A DNA stretch of 43,242 nt from Thermotogota bacterium (GCA_034660555.1 JAYEJL010000114.1:1-43242), one strand, 5' to 3'. Counted from the first letter of the stretch, positions 1-10,174 are shown. The notes: generated by a model not told the origin, from the letters alone. Made by a program: numbers and translations.

Positions 1-3
1 AAC

Positions 4-28
4 AAAAAAGGCACCCGTGTTGGGTGCC
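4..28 (-). terminator. Rho-independent terminator of the small-ORF operon
   Basis: GGCACCC-gtgtt-GGGTGCC stem (10-28) with A6 at 4-9, which is a U-tract on the minus strand, about 20 nt after the stop at 49. Confidence 0.85.
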
Positions 29-48
29 AAAAGTTTTGGTGGTACCGT

Positions 49-141
49 TCAGCTTCTCCAAAAGAGATCCTTCAGTGCTTTAAGTTTCTGCTGTTCAATC
101 ATTCTTTCCATATCTCTGGCATTTCTATATAATCTTTTCAT
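49..141 (-). CDS. 30-aa small protein MKRLYRNARDMERMIEQQKLKALKDLFWRS
   Basis: Manual translation; RBS AAAGGAGG at 151-158; 13/25 identities to the 300..407 peptide. Confidence 0.8.
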   Translation of the reverse strand: MKRLYRNARDMERMIEQQKLKALKDLFWRS

Positions 142-171
142 CGTTATCATCCTCCTTTAAAGTTTTACTTA

Positions 172-270
172 TTACCTGTAAACGTGAATTCTTTTAAGCG
201 TATCAATTCTAGTTGTTTCCAAAATATTATCTACTTCCTTGAAATGGATCTTCTTTTCTCTTTCTTTCAT
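172..270 (-). CDS. 32-aa small protein MKEREKKIHFKEVDNILETTRIDTLKRIHVYR
   Basis: Manual translation; purine-rich RBS AAAAGGGGGG 7 nt upstream; sits between two paralogous sORFs. Confidence 0.7.
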   Translation of the reverse strand: MKEREKKIHFKEVDNILETTRIDTLKRIHVYR

Positions 271-299
271 ATTGCAACCCCCCTTTTAAATAAGGATAG

Positions 300-407
300 T
301 CACACAGAAGCTCTTACATTGATGAGGAGATCCGAATAAACTTTTTCCTTCTGGGACTCAATAATTCTTTCGATGTTGCTGTAATTTCTAAATTTTCTTT
401 TGAACAT
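300..407 (-). CDS. 35-aa small protein MFKRKFRNYSNIERIIESQKEKVYSDLLINVRASV
   Basis: Manual translation; RBS AGGAGGGG at 413-420; paralog of 49..141. Confidence 0.8.
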   Translation of the reverse strand: MFKRKFRNYSNIERIIESQKEKVYSDLLINVRASV

Positions 408-445
408 TTCAACCCCTCCTAAACATTTCGTTGATTTCTATTTAT

Positions 446-474
446 AATATACACTTTAAATTTAATAATGTCAA
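446..474 (-). promoter_or_regulatory. Sigma70-type promoter for the small-ORF operon
   Basis: TTGACA (474-469), N17, TATATT (451-446) on the minus strand. Confidence 0.75.
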
Positions 475-706
475 GCAAAAAGTGAAGAAAGTTATAAAAT
501 AATTGAAAATATTCAAGAAAAGAATGACAACAGAACGAGAATAAGCGTCTGTAAACGCCATTAAAAAACAATTCTGGAAGGAAGATAAGAATTATAGAAC
601 AAATAAAAAATTGAAGAATATTTATAAAATTAAAGCATTATGAGTAAAAATTAATAATTACAGGTTTGTTTTTTGATAATTAAAATGAATAAGAAACATT
701 TTTCAT

Positions 707-730
707 AAAAAAACCTGGCATAAGCCAGGT
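707..730 (-). terminator. Rho-independent terminator
   Basis: ACCTGGC-ataa-GCCAGGT hairpin preceded by an A-run, just past the stop of 753..1586. Confidence 0.8.
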
Positions 731-752
731 CAATGAATGATTCTTTTTTAAA

Positions 753-1586
753 TCAATGAACGTTAAAGCCTATGCTCAAAATAAAGGTGGATAGGTTGTT
801 GCTTGTATAACCATCACTTAAATAGGTTTCAGTGTCCTGTGAAGTGCCTTCAGCTGTTCCACCAAGATATCTCAGGTTAATGTATGTATCTAAAGAATCG
901 CTAAGAATAAATCCCAGGTTTAAATTTGCGTCCAATATAGATCCTGTGAAATCATAATCAGCGCCATTAAACCATTTTGATGTAGCATAGAATCCATCTA
1001 CATCTGCTTCAATATAGAGTCCATTATTAAAAATGTATTTGCTGTATAACTTAATCACTGGAACAGGGCCAAGATTTTGATTGCCTACAAATTTGCTGCC
1101 ATCAATTGTTTCAAAAGAGATTGAAGCATTTCTTAACTGTAATGAAACTCCAATTGATAGTAAGAAATCATCTCTATTGATTAATCCATAAGTATAGCTA
1201 ACTCTCCAGAAAGGGAAGCTGTATTTAGCTAATAATGATTCATCTTTTAAAAACTCAATGTAGTCAATTTTCTTGTCTTCTTCCAGCAGAAATTTGGTGT
1301 TAATTTCTAAAGGCTGGTATAGAAAAGTAATGTTATGTCTTTCTCCAAGTCTTACTCCAATTTTATAATTATCAACAGGGAATAAAATATCCTGTCCGCC
1401 TTCTGAAACATAGTCAAACATATCACCGTCTTCACCAAATTGAAGCGTATGATTTAGTAACTTAACGAATCCTTTTTCATACGATAAAGAAAAGGAGTAC
1501 CACTTATCTGATTTGTTTAATAATCCAGTGGAGAATGCACTTATACCAATTAGTAAAATAAGAATAATCACAAAAGGATATTTCAT
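753..1586 (-). CDS. Exported protein, probable outer-membrane beta-barrel
   Basis: N-terminal signal peptide, alternating aromatic/hydrophobic strands, C-terminal ILSIGFNVH; GGAGG RBS. Confidence 0.65.
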   Translation of the reverse strand: MKYPFVIILILLIGISAFSTGLLNKSDKWYSFSLSYEKGFVKLLNHTLQFGEDGDMFDYVSEGGQDILFPVDNYKIGVRLGERHNITFLYQPLEINTKFLLEEDKKIDYIEFLKDESLLAKYSFPFWRVSYTYGLINRDDFLLSIGVSLQLRNASISFETIDGSKFVGNQNLGPVPVIKLYSKYIFNNGLYIEADVDGFYATSKWFNGADYDFTGSILDANLNLGFILSDSLDTYINLRYLGGTAEGTSQDTETYLSDGYTSNNLSTFILSIGFNVH

Positions 1587-1681
1587 ATTATTGCCTCCAG
1601 TTTATTAATTACACTAATTATACTTCAAAACAAGCTAAATTGTAATGATTATAAATTATTTAAGGAACATTTCGAACTCTC

Positions 1682-1713
1682 AAAAAAACCCATCTATTGT
1701 GATAATAGATGGG
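1682..1713 (-). terminator. Rho-independent terminator after the oppB-like gene
   Basis: CCCATCTATT-gtgat-AATAGATGGG with A7 at 1682-1688. Confidence 0.85.
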
Positions 1714-1768
1714 AGTGTAAACTGTTTAACAGATTTATATTTTCACTGTAACAGAAAAGGTTTATTTA

Positions 1769-2806
1769 TTAATATAATCTAACTCTTGGATCGAAGTAGC
1801 TATATGCGATATCTACAATGATATTTATTACAACTACGAATAAACACAAAACAAACGCGCAAGATACAACAGTTATGTGATCAAGCTGTCTTCCAGCTGT
1901 AGCCATCATATTTCCAATACCGGGTCTATCAAACAATGCTTCGACAATGACAACTCCGCCTATTAACTGCACAAGAACATTTCCTGATACAGTAGTGATC
2001 GGTATGAGTGCGTTCTTTCTGGCGTGTTTTTTTAGTACCGTACTTTCTTTAAGAGCTTTTGAGCGAGCTGTCCTGATATAATTATTGTGCATAACTTCTA
2101 TGATACTTGCGCGAGTCATTCTAATAACATAAGCTCCCCACATAACTACAAGAGTTAAAGCAGGTTCTATTAAGTTTATTAATCCGTCAAGCAGCACTTT
2201 TGGGTTGAAATTCAAAATTGAATCGATAATTACCGAGTTTGTGTATGTGTTTCATTCAGGACTTTTGATAATATAATAACTTTCTAGTGAAACAGGTCCT
2301 TTAGGAAACCAGTGAAAAACATTTAAAACAACTACAAAAATTATCAATCCCATTATAAATTCAGGTATAGACCAGCTAACTACACTAACTCCATTAATTA
2401 TGTCATCAGAAACTGTTTCATACCTTCTAGTAGCTGTGGTGCCAACAGTTATACCAAGTAATACAATAAAGACAATTGAGAACAAGACTAATTCAAGAGT
2501 TTTGGGAAGCCTTTCGATTATTGAATTGTAAATAAAATCTCTGGTTGTGAAAGAATAACCCCAATCGCCTTTAACTAAATTTCTTAACCATTTGAAATAT
2601 GCAATAGGTAGAGGATCATCCAGACCGTATTTTTCTATAAGACGCTCTTCAGTTTCTGGAACAATCATCAATACTCTAGGATTTGTTACATATGACATAA
2701 CAAGTGTTTGTGGTCCAAGAGACCAGATCATAGAAAATGCCAATAAAGTTACACCAAAAATAATTAAAGGAATAAAAATCAATCTTCTTATAGTATAGGC
2801 CAACAA
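1769..2806 (-). pseudogene. Oligopeptide/dipeptide ABC permease (OppB/DppB family) interrupted by one in-frame TGA at 2252-2254
   Basis: The two ORF-track pieces share a frame (...SPE*NTYTNSVIIDSILNFNP...); YTIRRL start, YGLDDPL..YF.WL, EAA-type YIRTARSK, DPRVR end. Confidence 0.85.
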
Positions 2807-2955
2807 TTGCTTTCACCACTTTTGAGAAAAATGTTGTTTGACTTATAGTGGTTATACGTTATTCAACCAGCGAAATCAAATTCTTCACTCGTAACCACCT
2901 TTATGAGGTAATGTGACGATTTTTTGATAGAATATTACTAATCGGGAGGGACTAA

Positions 2956-3636
2956 GTGGAAACTGAAATCACATTACAGGATATTTTAAAGAGAAAATCT
3001 GTACGTGCATACAAGGATATAGCTTTAACACAGGGAGATATTGATTCGATAAAATCTCTTTTTGGTTCAATACGCAATATTTCAGTCAATCTAAACTGGA
3101 AAATCAGTTCAGATACTCCTGTTGGCTCAGGGTGCATTTATGCGCAAATTGAAGAGAAAAATAACGATAATCTTGTTGATTATGGTTTTCAGGGACAGCA
3201 AATATTAATGTTATTGTTTGTTAATGATTACGGAACTTGCTGGATGGCAAAATCTCCTGAAAAAAATGTGCCTGCCATAATTACTTTTGGTTTTCCTAAA
3301 GATAAAAAAAGTTTGAAGAGCAGAATTTCCAGATATATTTCACAGGGGGACAAAAGGAAGCCTTTGAATGTGCTTTATGAGAAAAATGTTGAGGAACTGA
3401 ATAAAAGTCAAAAAAAGTTACTTGAAGCTATTCGCTGGTCACCTTCTTCTCTTAACAGACAACCCTGGAAGTTCAAATTTACTGAAAAAGGAAAGAAGCT
3501 GATCTTAAAAAGCAGTTCTCCAATAAATCTTGGTATCGCTTTAAGTAACGCCTACATGGCGGCTTTAAGCATATTCGGAAAGGCTAAAGTAGAAAAAGTT
3601 GAAGACAATGTCTATGCGTTGACTGTTAGAGAATAG
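2956..3636 (+). CDS. Nitroreductase family protein
   Basis: RKSVRAY at the N-terminus and WSPSSLNRQPWKF motif; GGGAGGG RBS before GTG. Confidence 0.8.
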   Translation: METEITLQDILKRKSVRAYKDIALTQGDIDSIKSLFGSIRNISVNLNWKISSDTPVGSGCIYAQIEEKNNDNLVDYGFQGQQILMLLFVNDYGTCWMAKSPEKNVPAIITFGFPKDKKSLKSRISRYISQGDKRKPLNVLYEKNVEELNKSQKKLLEAIRWSPSSLNRQPWKFKFTEKGKKLILKSSSPINLGIALSNAYMAALSIFGKAKVEKVEDNVYALTVRE

Positions 3637-4296
3637 TCAGTTATTGCATCGACAAATGTACCATCCCGTTGTAGGCGAAAGCTGAATATTGTCTACAACT
3701 TGATAATGTTTTTTAAGCTCTTTAAATGCACTTGCAGTGAAGTGTTTGTAATCACTTCTTTCCAGAAACTCTATGAATGATATTAATGGATTTCTATTTG
3801 GAAAGAATTCATGAATAAGAATTTCCTTTCTACAAATTCTTTTTGACTCTTTATAAAACTTTTCTCTTCCTGATTGCTTGTGACCATGAACAACATAGGA
3901 GGCTACTAAAAGATCAAAACTGTTATCTTCAAAGGGTAGTTTTTCAAAGAAATCACCCTGCAATATCTTAACTCCTGTGCCACTCAGGTTTCTTTTTGCA
4001 ATTTTCACCATTAATGAAGAAGCATCCACTGCGGTTACATTAAATCCCAGTTCTTTAAAGGCCAGTGCAAACGCCCCTGTACCACATCCAATATCCAGTA
4101 CATTGTTTATGTCATCACTTAAATACTTCTTATGTTCGCTTAGCAATCTCCTGTAACCCTTCAATTGCTTATTGAATGCAATATTATAAAAAGGAGCAAT
4201 TACTGTAAAAAGAAGAACATGTGCCTTATTTCCCAATTCATTCGCCACTTTATTTAGGAATGTGCTTTGCTTTGTATTTAATTGGTTCACGGTCAA
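3637..4296 (-). CDS. Class I SAM-dependent methyltransferase (true start probably about 20 codons downstream)
   Basis: VLDIGCGTG motif I, AVDAS, LPFEDNSFD. Confidence 0.85.
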   Translation of the reverse strand: MTVNQLNTKQSTFLNKVANELGNKAHVLLFTVIAPFYNIAFNKQLKGYRRLLSEHKKYLSDDINNVLDIGCGTGAFALAFKELGFNVTAVDASSLMVKIAKRNLSGTGVKILQGDFFEKLPFEDNSFDLLVASYVVHGHKQSGREKFYKESKRICRKEILIHEFFPNRNPLISFIEFLERSDYKHFTASAFKELKKHYQVVDNIQLSPTTGWYICRCNN

Positions 4297-4800
4297 TAGT
4301 TCGAATGGTTTTAGCTATTGAACTAACCCAAAACTAAACACCTAGCATCCAACAGCGGTTTTTTTTATTGTTATTTTCCGTACAACCCACAACCTACTAT
4401 CGTACAACATGTTTTGCCTTTAAAAAAATGCACACACCCAGCCTTCGGCAGCCCTCTCAAGAGGGCACTAAAAACGTTAAAAACTGCTTTTATAAAGCGT
4501 TTTAAATCTCTCCTTGAGGAGAGTACCACGAAGTGGGGAGAGGTGTTTGCTTCTTTGGTTTACCAGATCCTATACTCGGTTTTTATAAGGTCTCGGATTC
4601 TCGTCCCTTTGGTCTTTCTTGTGTTTTGAACTTTCCGTACAACCCACAACCTACTATCGCACAACGTGTTTTGCCTTTAAAAAAATGCACACACCCAGCC
4701 TTCGGCAGCCCTCACCCAAGAGGGCATTAGAACCAATCGGTTCACGGTCAACGGTTCACGGTTCACGTCCGATCTCCGATCTCGAGTCTCGGATCTCGTT
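4284..4800. repeat. Composite intergenic repeat: two ~94-bp direct repeats, REP-like hairpins and heptamer tandems
   Basis: 4375-4467 and 4632-4726 are nearly identical; a diverged inverted copy lies at about 4508-4548; GGTTCACGGTCAA at 4284 and 4739; 7-nt periodic runs at 4739-4798. Confidence 0.9.
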
Positions 4801-4802
4801 TT

Positions 4803-7800
4803 CTATTGCTTCCCCGATGTAACTTTGAGAAATTCTTTTAATCTTTGGACCTGCACAATGAGCGCTTCAAGTCTGTTTTCAACTGTAGGAGTGAAAGGAT
4901 TCCCATCAGCTTCCAGATACATTATGGGAACATCACCGAGGGTTTCGAAAACCTTGGATTTTACTCCTTCGGCCTCTTCCTTCAAACTGTTTACTCCCTT
5001 TTTAATTATGGCTTCAGCAATCCTGCTTGGCATACAACCAAAGGGTCCTATTGAGATAATACCTTCATAACGGTCAACAATGTCATAGAGAGCAGTACCT
5101 ATGGTAATAATGGCCTCTCCTGTAAGTCTTGGATGTAGATGTTTTTTCGCGGCTTCGATTACGCTTTCTACATCAACAGGTTCAGCTTCATATATGCCTG
5201 TTTTTTCAAAGATCTTCTTTACACGCATTTCAACATGTTTTTTTACAAGAATTTCTGCCTTTTTTTTCAATCGGTCAGCGAATGTGGAATCGGGAGATGT
5301 CAATTTATTCAGAAAAAGATAATCTGTGTAGTAAATCCACTCATGTACAGGCGAAACATGAGTTATGATGCCATTATCTGCAAAAAATCCTTCAAGATTT
5401 TTTCTTGAAAATTCATCTTTTCTAACATAAATCTCTCCAGTTACCAATACCTTTGGAGCATCTTCATATTCAGCTTTTCTCTCAACAGAGCCAATTATCG
5501 AAACAGCTTCTTCCAGTTTTGTATATACCTGCTGCATTCTGTCCTGGGAAAGGGAGCTCAAAAGAATTCTTTTTGCTTCTTCAATTGCTATTCTTGCTTC
5601 ATTCCTGTCCCTGGCAAGTGTGAACAGAGCGTGTTCAACATCGAGAAACACATCTGAGATAATAATGGCAAGCCACAATCTTAGTTTAAATGTAGTTCCT
5701 AGTCCCGCATATGCATTTTCAGAGTTAAGACTCAACAGGGTTGTATTTTTTATTCGGTTCTGCTTCAGCCACAAGTTTATATAAACGCTGTATTGACCAA
5801 AACGGCACGGCCCCATGGTTTCCGGCATGAAATATAGTATGACATTGTCTTCATTTTTATTTTCATCCAGGTAATTCACAAGACTACCAAGTGTTAATTG
5901 TAAAGGAAGACATTCTTTTGATAATGAATTACTTCTGCCTTTTTGAAATATATTCATATCAGGTACAGGACAAACTTCCGTTTTAGCTCCATGAAATTCA
6001 AATGCGGAAGCAAGAGCTTTTGCGCCAAATTCTCCCATAGTTGGGAATAGAACTTTTACTCCTGGATCAGAAAGTGAGAATTTCTCACCGGATGCTGTTT
6101 TGATTCTCAAATTACCTTTTTCTAATGATATTTCAGGCTGTTTTACATAAGGTCTTTCAGAAGGAGGTTTTATTCTCATGTAACTTTTTACAACATCAAG
6201 GAATGCTTCTATACGTGTTTCCAAACCAGCATCTGCTGTGTGGCTGTCCAGTTCGAGCACAAGGGATGGTTTTGAGCCCATTATATCCCTGTAATATGAG
6301 ATTAAGAATGAATCGGGACCACAACTAAAGTTTGTTATGTATAAACCAAATAATCTCCTATTCTTTTTCACATATCTTGCTGCTTTTAGAATCATTTCTC
6401 CCCAGGCCCAGTACATATTTCTATATCCCGGTTCATCTTCGTAAGGTAGCGAATCAAAACCAATAACGGGAATACCTCTTGTTGCAAGTTTTTCAGGTAT
6501 ACCCATATTCGCGTCAGATGAAAATGCATTATATGAACGTCCAAAAAGCACAACACCAAACTCACTTTCATCAAGTTTTCTAAAAAAGTCTCTTGAAAGT
6601 TCTTTGATTTTCTTGATTGTCTTTTTATATGTTTTTAGTGCATTTTTATAAGCGGTTCTACCCTGGTTTCTTGTTTTGCCGAGTTGTTCTGCAATATCTT
6701 CAAAAACCGTTTCCTGTTCTTCAAATCCGGTTGAAAAATCTATGTTCTTTTCGATAATATTGTATTCTTCAAGTTCTGGAAATCCTGACTTTAATAGATC
6801 AGCTTCGGCCTGCACAAAAGGACAGAAAACATTGTAATTATCTGAGTTAGGAACTTTTATTCCTCTAATCCTTGGTAGAAAAATATAGTCAGGAGATTTT
6901 TTGATCAGGTCGTACATATAACCGTGTGAAATATCTAACGGGAAGCAAAATTCAGCACCTCTTCTCTCCCAGCCTTCTTTAGCGGTTTTATCTGGGAGCA
7001 GAACATGAAGACCCAGTTCTTTGAAGAAACTATGGAATATAGGAAATATTGTGTTCATTGAAAATGAAGGATTCAATCCTATTGTTGGAGAGGTGTTTTC
7101 ATTATCTAGTCTGACCCCATCAGGAAAAACGATTTTTTCGCGTTTGTTCAGAAAGTTGTATTCTGAAGGTTCAATATTGAGTTCGTGAATTACATTTTCA
7201 TACTTATTACACGCTCCACCAAAGGGATAAGTTTTTCCATCAAGTTCAATAATGTTGATTACACATTTTCTGTCACACTTCTCTTTGCCGCCCTGACATA
7301 CAAAGCTTGATTTATAGATAACTTCCCTGTTAATGAAAGTATCGAGAAGGAATGTTTCCTTTTTTATCAGACCAAGTTTCTGGTTTTCTTTCGCCATGAG
7401 AGCTACGCCAAAGGCACCCATTAATCCAGGATGAGGGGGAACAATTATCTTCTTATCTGTGAGAGCAGCCATGGCTACAGGAACACCCTTGTTGTAACAG
7501 ACGCCTCCCTGCATAAAGATTTTCTTTCCCTCGGGTCGATTGCCTTTAACTTTATTCAAATAATTCAGGCAGATTGAATATATGAGACCAGCGCAGATAT
7601 TTTCATGGTTGATACCTTCGTGAATGGCTGTTTTCACATCGCTACCAATAAATGCAGCACACTGATCGCTGAAATTTGGGGGATTGGTACTTTTCATGGC
7701 GTAATCGCCTATCTCTTTATAATCGATATTTAATGATTCCCTTGCAGCTTCTTCAAGGAAGGATCCTGTTCCAGCGGAACACGCTTCGTTCATGGCATAT

Positions 7801-9020
7801 GATGCAGGGACTCCGTTAATCAAATATGTGTATTTTGCATCCTGTCCACCAATTTCAAATATTGTATCTACCTCCGGGTCGAAATAGGCTGCAGCTTTGG
7901 AATGAGCCATTATTTCATTGTAAACGGCATCGGTCATTGCGTGTAGACCAACAATTTTTCTTCCAGAACCGGTTACACCCAGTCCCCTAAACTCTACCTG
8001 TTTATCTTTTAACTGGTTTTTGATATCTTGATAACAATTTCGAGCTGCTCTGACAGGGTCACCAAGTGTTCTTAGATAAACACCAGCAAGAATAGCATTG
8101 TCTTTTTCCCTGACGACAACAGCCTTTGTTGTGGTGGAACCTACGTCAATACCCAGAATGCATTTGTCACCAGGTTCAGCCTCTTCGAAATTCATTTCTT
8201 TAAATTCAACTTCATCCTTGTATTTGGAAAGAGAAGGATGTAATGGGAAGGACAATTCAAAATCCTTGAAGACTTTTCCTGAATTCCTTTGTATAATACT
8301 GTTTTGTTCACCCCAGTTTTTTGCGCCGTATGCTTCAAAATAAAAAGCTTCGTTCGGAACGATGATATCGAGGTTTCTTCTAAGATGTTTTTTCATCAAT
8401 TCATTCTTGCTTACTCCACCTATTAACATTATTTTTCTTGCTCTGGCTTTATGTGCAAGCTCAATTATTTTACTTGCCATAACTTTACCCAGACCATTTA
8501 ATACCTGATCTTTGTTAACACCTTTGTTTAAAGCGTGGGTACAATCACTTTTGCAAAAAACAGAACATCTGGATGACAGCTCGTAACTCTTTTCTGTATC
8601 AACGGAGTTCGCATAATCAAGAGAAATACCCATTCTTTTTATTTGTTGTAGAAAAAATTCACCTGTTCCAGAAGCACATTTGTTTCCTGTAAATATACCT
8701 GTTATTAGGCCTTTTTCGTTAACCCTGTATAATGTAAAATTTTCCCCGCCAGCACTTACTACGGCGTCTACATTTCCATATTTTGTTTTTAATTTACTGT
8801 AAGCAACTTCAGTTGCTTCAACTTCAGAAACCTGGGGAAGATCGAGTATCCTTTTACCTTTTCGACCTGTGGCAATGATTATCGAATCATTTTCATCGAA
8901 AGATTCAAGGATTTGTGAAAGTATTTTTTTGGGATTTCCTCCATGGGATAAATGTTTTGCCTCATTATCAGAATAATACGAAACACTGCTTGAACCGACA
9001 CACAAGCCTATATATTTCAC
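4803..9020 (-). CDS. Large CoA-substrate-specific enzyme activase (two BcrAD/BadFG ASKHA ATPase domains fused to DUF2229/2-hydroxyacyl-CoA dehydratase-like domains)
   Basis: GNKCASGTGEF, CSVFCKSD, GIDVGSTTTK, EIGGQDAK, MNEACSAGTGSF, NFSCGPDS, GPCRFGQY, GPFGCMP; start moved to GTG 9020 after GGAGGT. Confidence 0.9.
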   Translation of the reverse strand: MKYIGLCVGSSSVSYYSDNEAKHLSHGGNPKKILSQILESFDENDSIIIATGRKGKRILDLPQVSEVEATEVAYSKLKTKYGNVDAVVSAGGENFTLYRVNEKGLITGIFTGNKCASGTGEFFLQQIKRMGISLDYANSVDTEKSYELSSRCSVFCKSDCTHALNKGVNKDQVLNGLGKVMASKIIELAHKARARKIMLIGGVSKNELMKKHLRRNLDIIVPNEAFYFEAYGAKNWGEQNSIIQRNSGKVFKDFELSFPLHPSLSKYKDEVEFKEMNFEEAEPGDKCILGIDVGSTTTKAVVVREKDNAILAGVYLRTLGDPVRAARNCYQDIKNQLKDKQVEFRGLGVTGSGRKIVGLHAMTDAVYNEIMAHSKAAAYFDPEVDTIFEIGGQDAKYTYLINGVPASYAMNEACSAGTGSFLEEAARESLNIDYKEIGDYAMKSTNPPNFSDQCAAFIGSDVKTAIHEGINHENICAGLIYSICLNYLNKVKGNRPEGKKIFMQGGVCYNKGVPVAMAALTDKKIIVPPHPGLMGAFGVALMAKENQKLGLIKKETFLLDTFINREVIYKSSFVCQGGKEKCDRKCVINIIELDGKTYPFGGACNKYENVIHELNIEPSEYNFLNKREKIVFPDGVRLDNENTSPTIGLNPSFSMNTIFPIFHSFFKELGLHVLLPDKTAKEGWERRGAEFCFPLDISHGYMYDLIKKSPDYIFLPRIRGIKVPNSDNYNVFCPFVQAEADLLKSGFPELEEYNIIEKNIDFSTGFEEQETVFEDIAEQLGKTRNQGRTAYKNALKTYKKTIKKIKELSRDFFRKLDESEFGVVLFGRSYNAFSSDANMGIPEKLATRGIPVIGFDSLPYEDEPGYRNMYWAWGEMILKAARYVKKNRRLFGLYITNFSCGPDSFLISYYRDIMGSKPSLVLELDSHTADAGLETRIEAFLDVVKSYMRIKPPSERPYVKQPEISLEKGNLRIKTASGEKFSLSDPGVKVLFPTMGEFGAKALASAFEFHGAKTEVCPVPDMNIFQKGRSNSLSKECLPLQLTLGSLVNYLDENKNEDNVILYFMPETMGPCRFGQYSVYINLWLKQNRIKNTTLLSLNSENAYAGLGTTFKLRLWLAIIISDVFLDVEHALFTLARDRNEARIAIEEAKRILLSSLSQDRMQQVYTKLEEAVSIIGSVERKAEYEDAPKVLVTGEIYVRKDEFSRKNLEGFFADNGIITHVSPVHEWIYYTDYLFLNKLTSPDSTFADRLKKKAEILVKKHVEMRVKKIFEKTGIYEAEPVDVESVIEAAKKHLHPRLTGEAIITIGTALYDIVDRYEGIISIGPFGCMPSRIAEAIIKKGVNSLKEEAEGVKSKVFETLGDVPIMYLEADGNPFTPTVENRLEALIVQVQRLKEFLKVTSGKQ

Positions 9021-9136
9021 CTGAACACCTCCGGTCAAGACTACCTTTGTAAAAAAGTATACACCAATAATAAAATCTTATCTTAAATAGGTGAATAAAG
9101 TGATGCAGAAAATAACGCAAAAGAGAAGTAAGCATA

Positions 9137-10174
9137 CTATCTTTTGACAGTTTTCCAGGAAGCTTTTCTTAATCTGTTCATTATGGCCAGTCCAATACCG
9201 GTTTCCGGAAAAGGTTCACATAAGGCTACTTCGTAATCATTTTTGGTTAAGGAAAGCAATACGTCAAAAAGGTTGGCTGCTACCGAGTAGAGTTCTTTTC
9301 TGGAACCAAGAATAACTGTTTTTGAGGGATCAGGATATAGTTTTTGTGTTTCTTCAGAGCATAATATTGTATATTTTACTTTCATTTTTTTTGTTTCATC
9401 GATAATATTATGTATAGCCCAATCAAGCTCTCCATCATATAGAATCATTTCAATTTCAGGTGAGTAATGTTTATATTTCATTCCGGGAGCCAGGGGAGTT
9501 CTTGCTTCTTCACCTTTCACAGAGGAATGTATGGTCATTTCAGGGAGTAACTCTTTAAGACGTTCAACAGAAATGGGCCCGGGTCTTAATAGATTTGGTT
9601 TTTCTTTACTGAGATCAACAATTGTTGATTCAAGACCAAAAACAGTCCTTCCCGAGAGAACAAGACATTCTACCCTTCCTTTAAGATCATTTGTCACGTG
9701 TTCTTCGTTCGTGGGGCTTGGTTTTCCTGAAATATTTGCACTTGGAGCTGCAATGGGAACACCGGATAATTCTATAAGTTTCTGGGCGATTGGATGTGCA
9801 GGATATCTTATGGCGATTGTTGAAAGTCCCCCGGATACAATATCAGGAATTATACTTTCTTTGTTGAAAATTAAGGTAATCGGACCGGGCCATAATAGTT
9901 CTGTTAATCTTGAAAATTCATCTATATCATTCTTTATAAATCTTTTGGCCATTTCTATAGATGATACGTGGACAATGAGAGGATTGTCGGGAGGTCTTCC
10001 CTTAACTTCAAATATTTTTCTAACAGCCATTTCATTTAGAGCATTGGCACCAAGTCCATAAACAGTTTCTGTTGGAAATGCTACCAGTTTGTTGTCTTTT
10101 ATGTAAGAGGCAGCATTCTTCAATTTCTCAATCTCAGGATTTTCAAGAGATATGTGGAATATCTTGGTGTTCAT
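9137..10174 (-). CDS. sua5: L-threonylcarbamoyladenylate synthase, Sua5 type (YrdC + Sua5 C-terminal domain)
   Basis: VAFPTETVYGLGA, KGRPPDNPLIVH, APSANISG, LRPG, APGMKYKHYSP, AIMNRLRKA. Confidence 0.95.
   Translation of the reverse strand: MNTKIFHISLENPEIEKLKNAASYIKDNKLVAFPTETVYGLGANALNEMAVRKIFEVKGRPPDNPLIVHVSSIEMAKRFIKNDIDEFSRLTELLWPGPITLIFNKESIIPDIVSGGLSTIAIRYPAHPIAQKLIELSGVPIAAPSANISGKPSPTNEEHVTNDLKGRVECLVLSGRTVFGLESTIVDLSKEKPNLLRPGPISVERLKELLPEMTIHSSVKGEEARTPLAPGMKYKHYSPEIEMILYDGELDWAIHNIIDETKKMKVKYTILCSEETQKLYPDPSKTVILGSRKELYSVAANLFDVLLSLTKNDYEVALCEPFPETGIGLAIMNRLRKASWKTVKR

Noticed and set aside
2859..2901. Minus-strand mini-ORF (GTG, KNLISLVE*) with an AGGTGG RBS upstream of the oppB-like gene
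   Set aside because: Too short, with no paralog or attenuator logic to support it; may be a deletion scar
4375..4726. Direct repeats as a CRISPR array
   Set aside because: Only two ~94-bp units with a structured, repeat-related intervening sequence; no cas genes in the window
4414..4822. ORF-track ORFs 4414..4629, 4533..4730 and 4619..4822
   Set aside because: They are translations of the repeat element, overlap each other and lack RBSs
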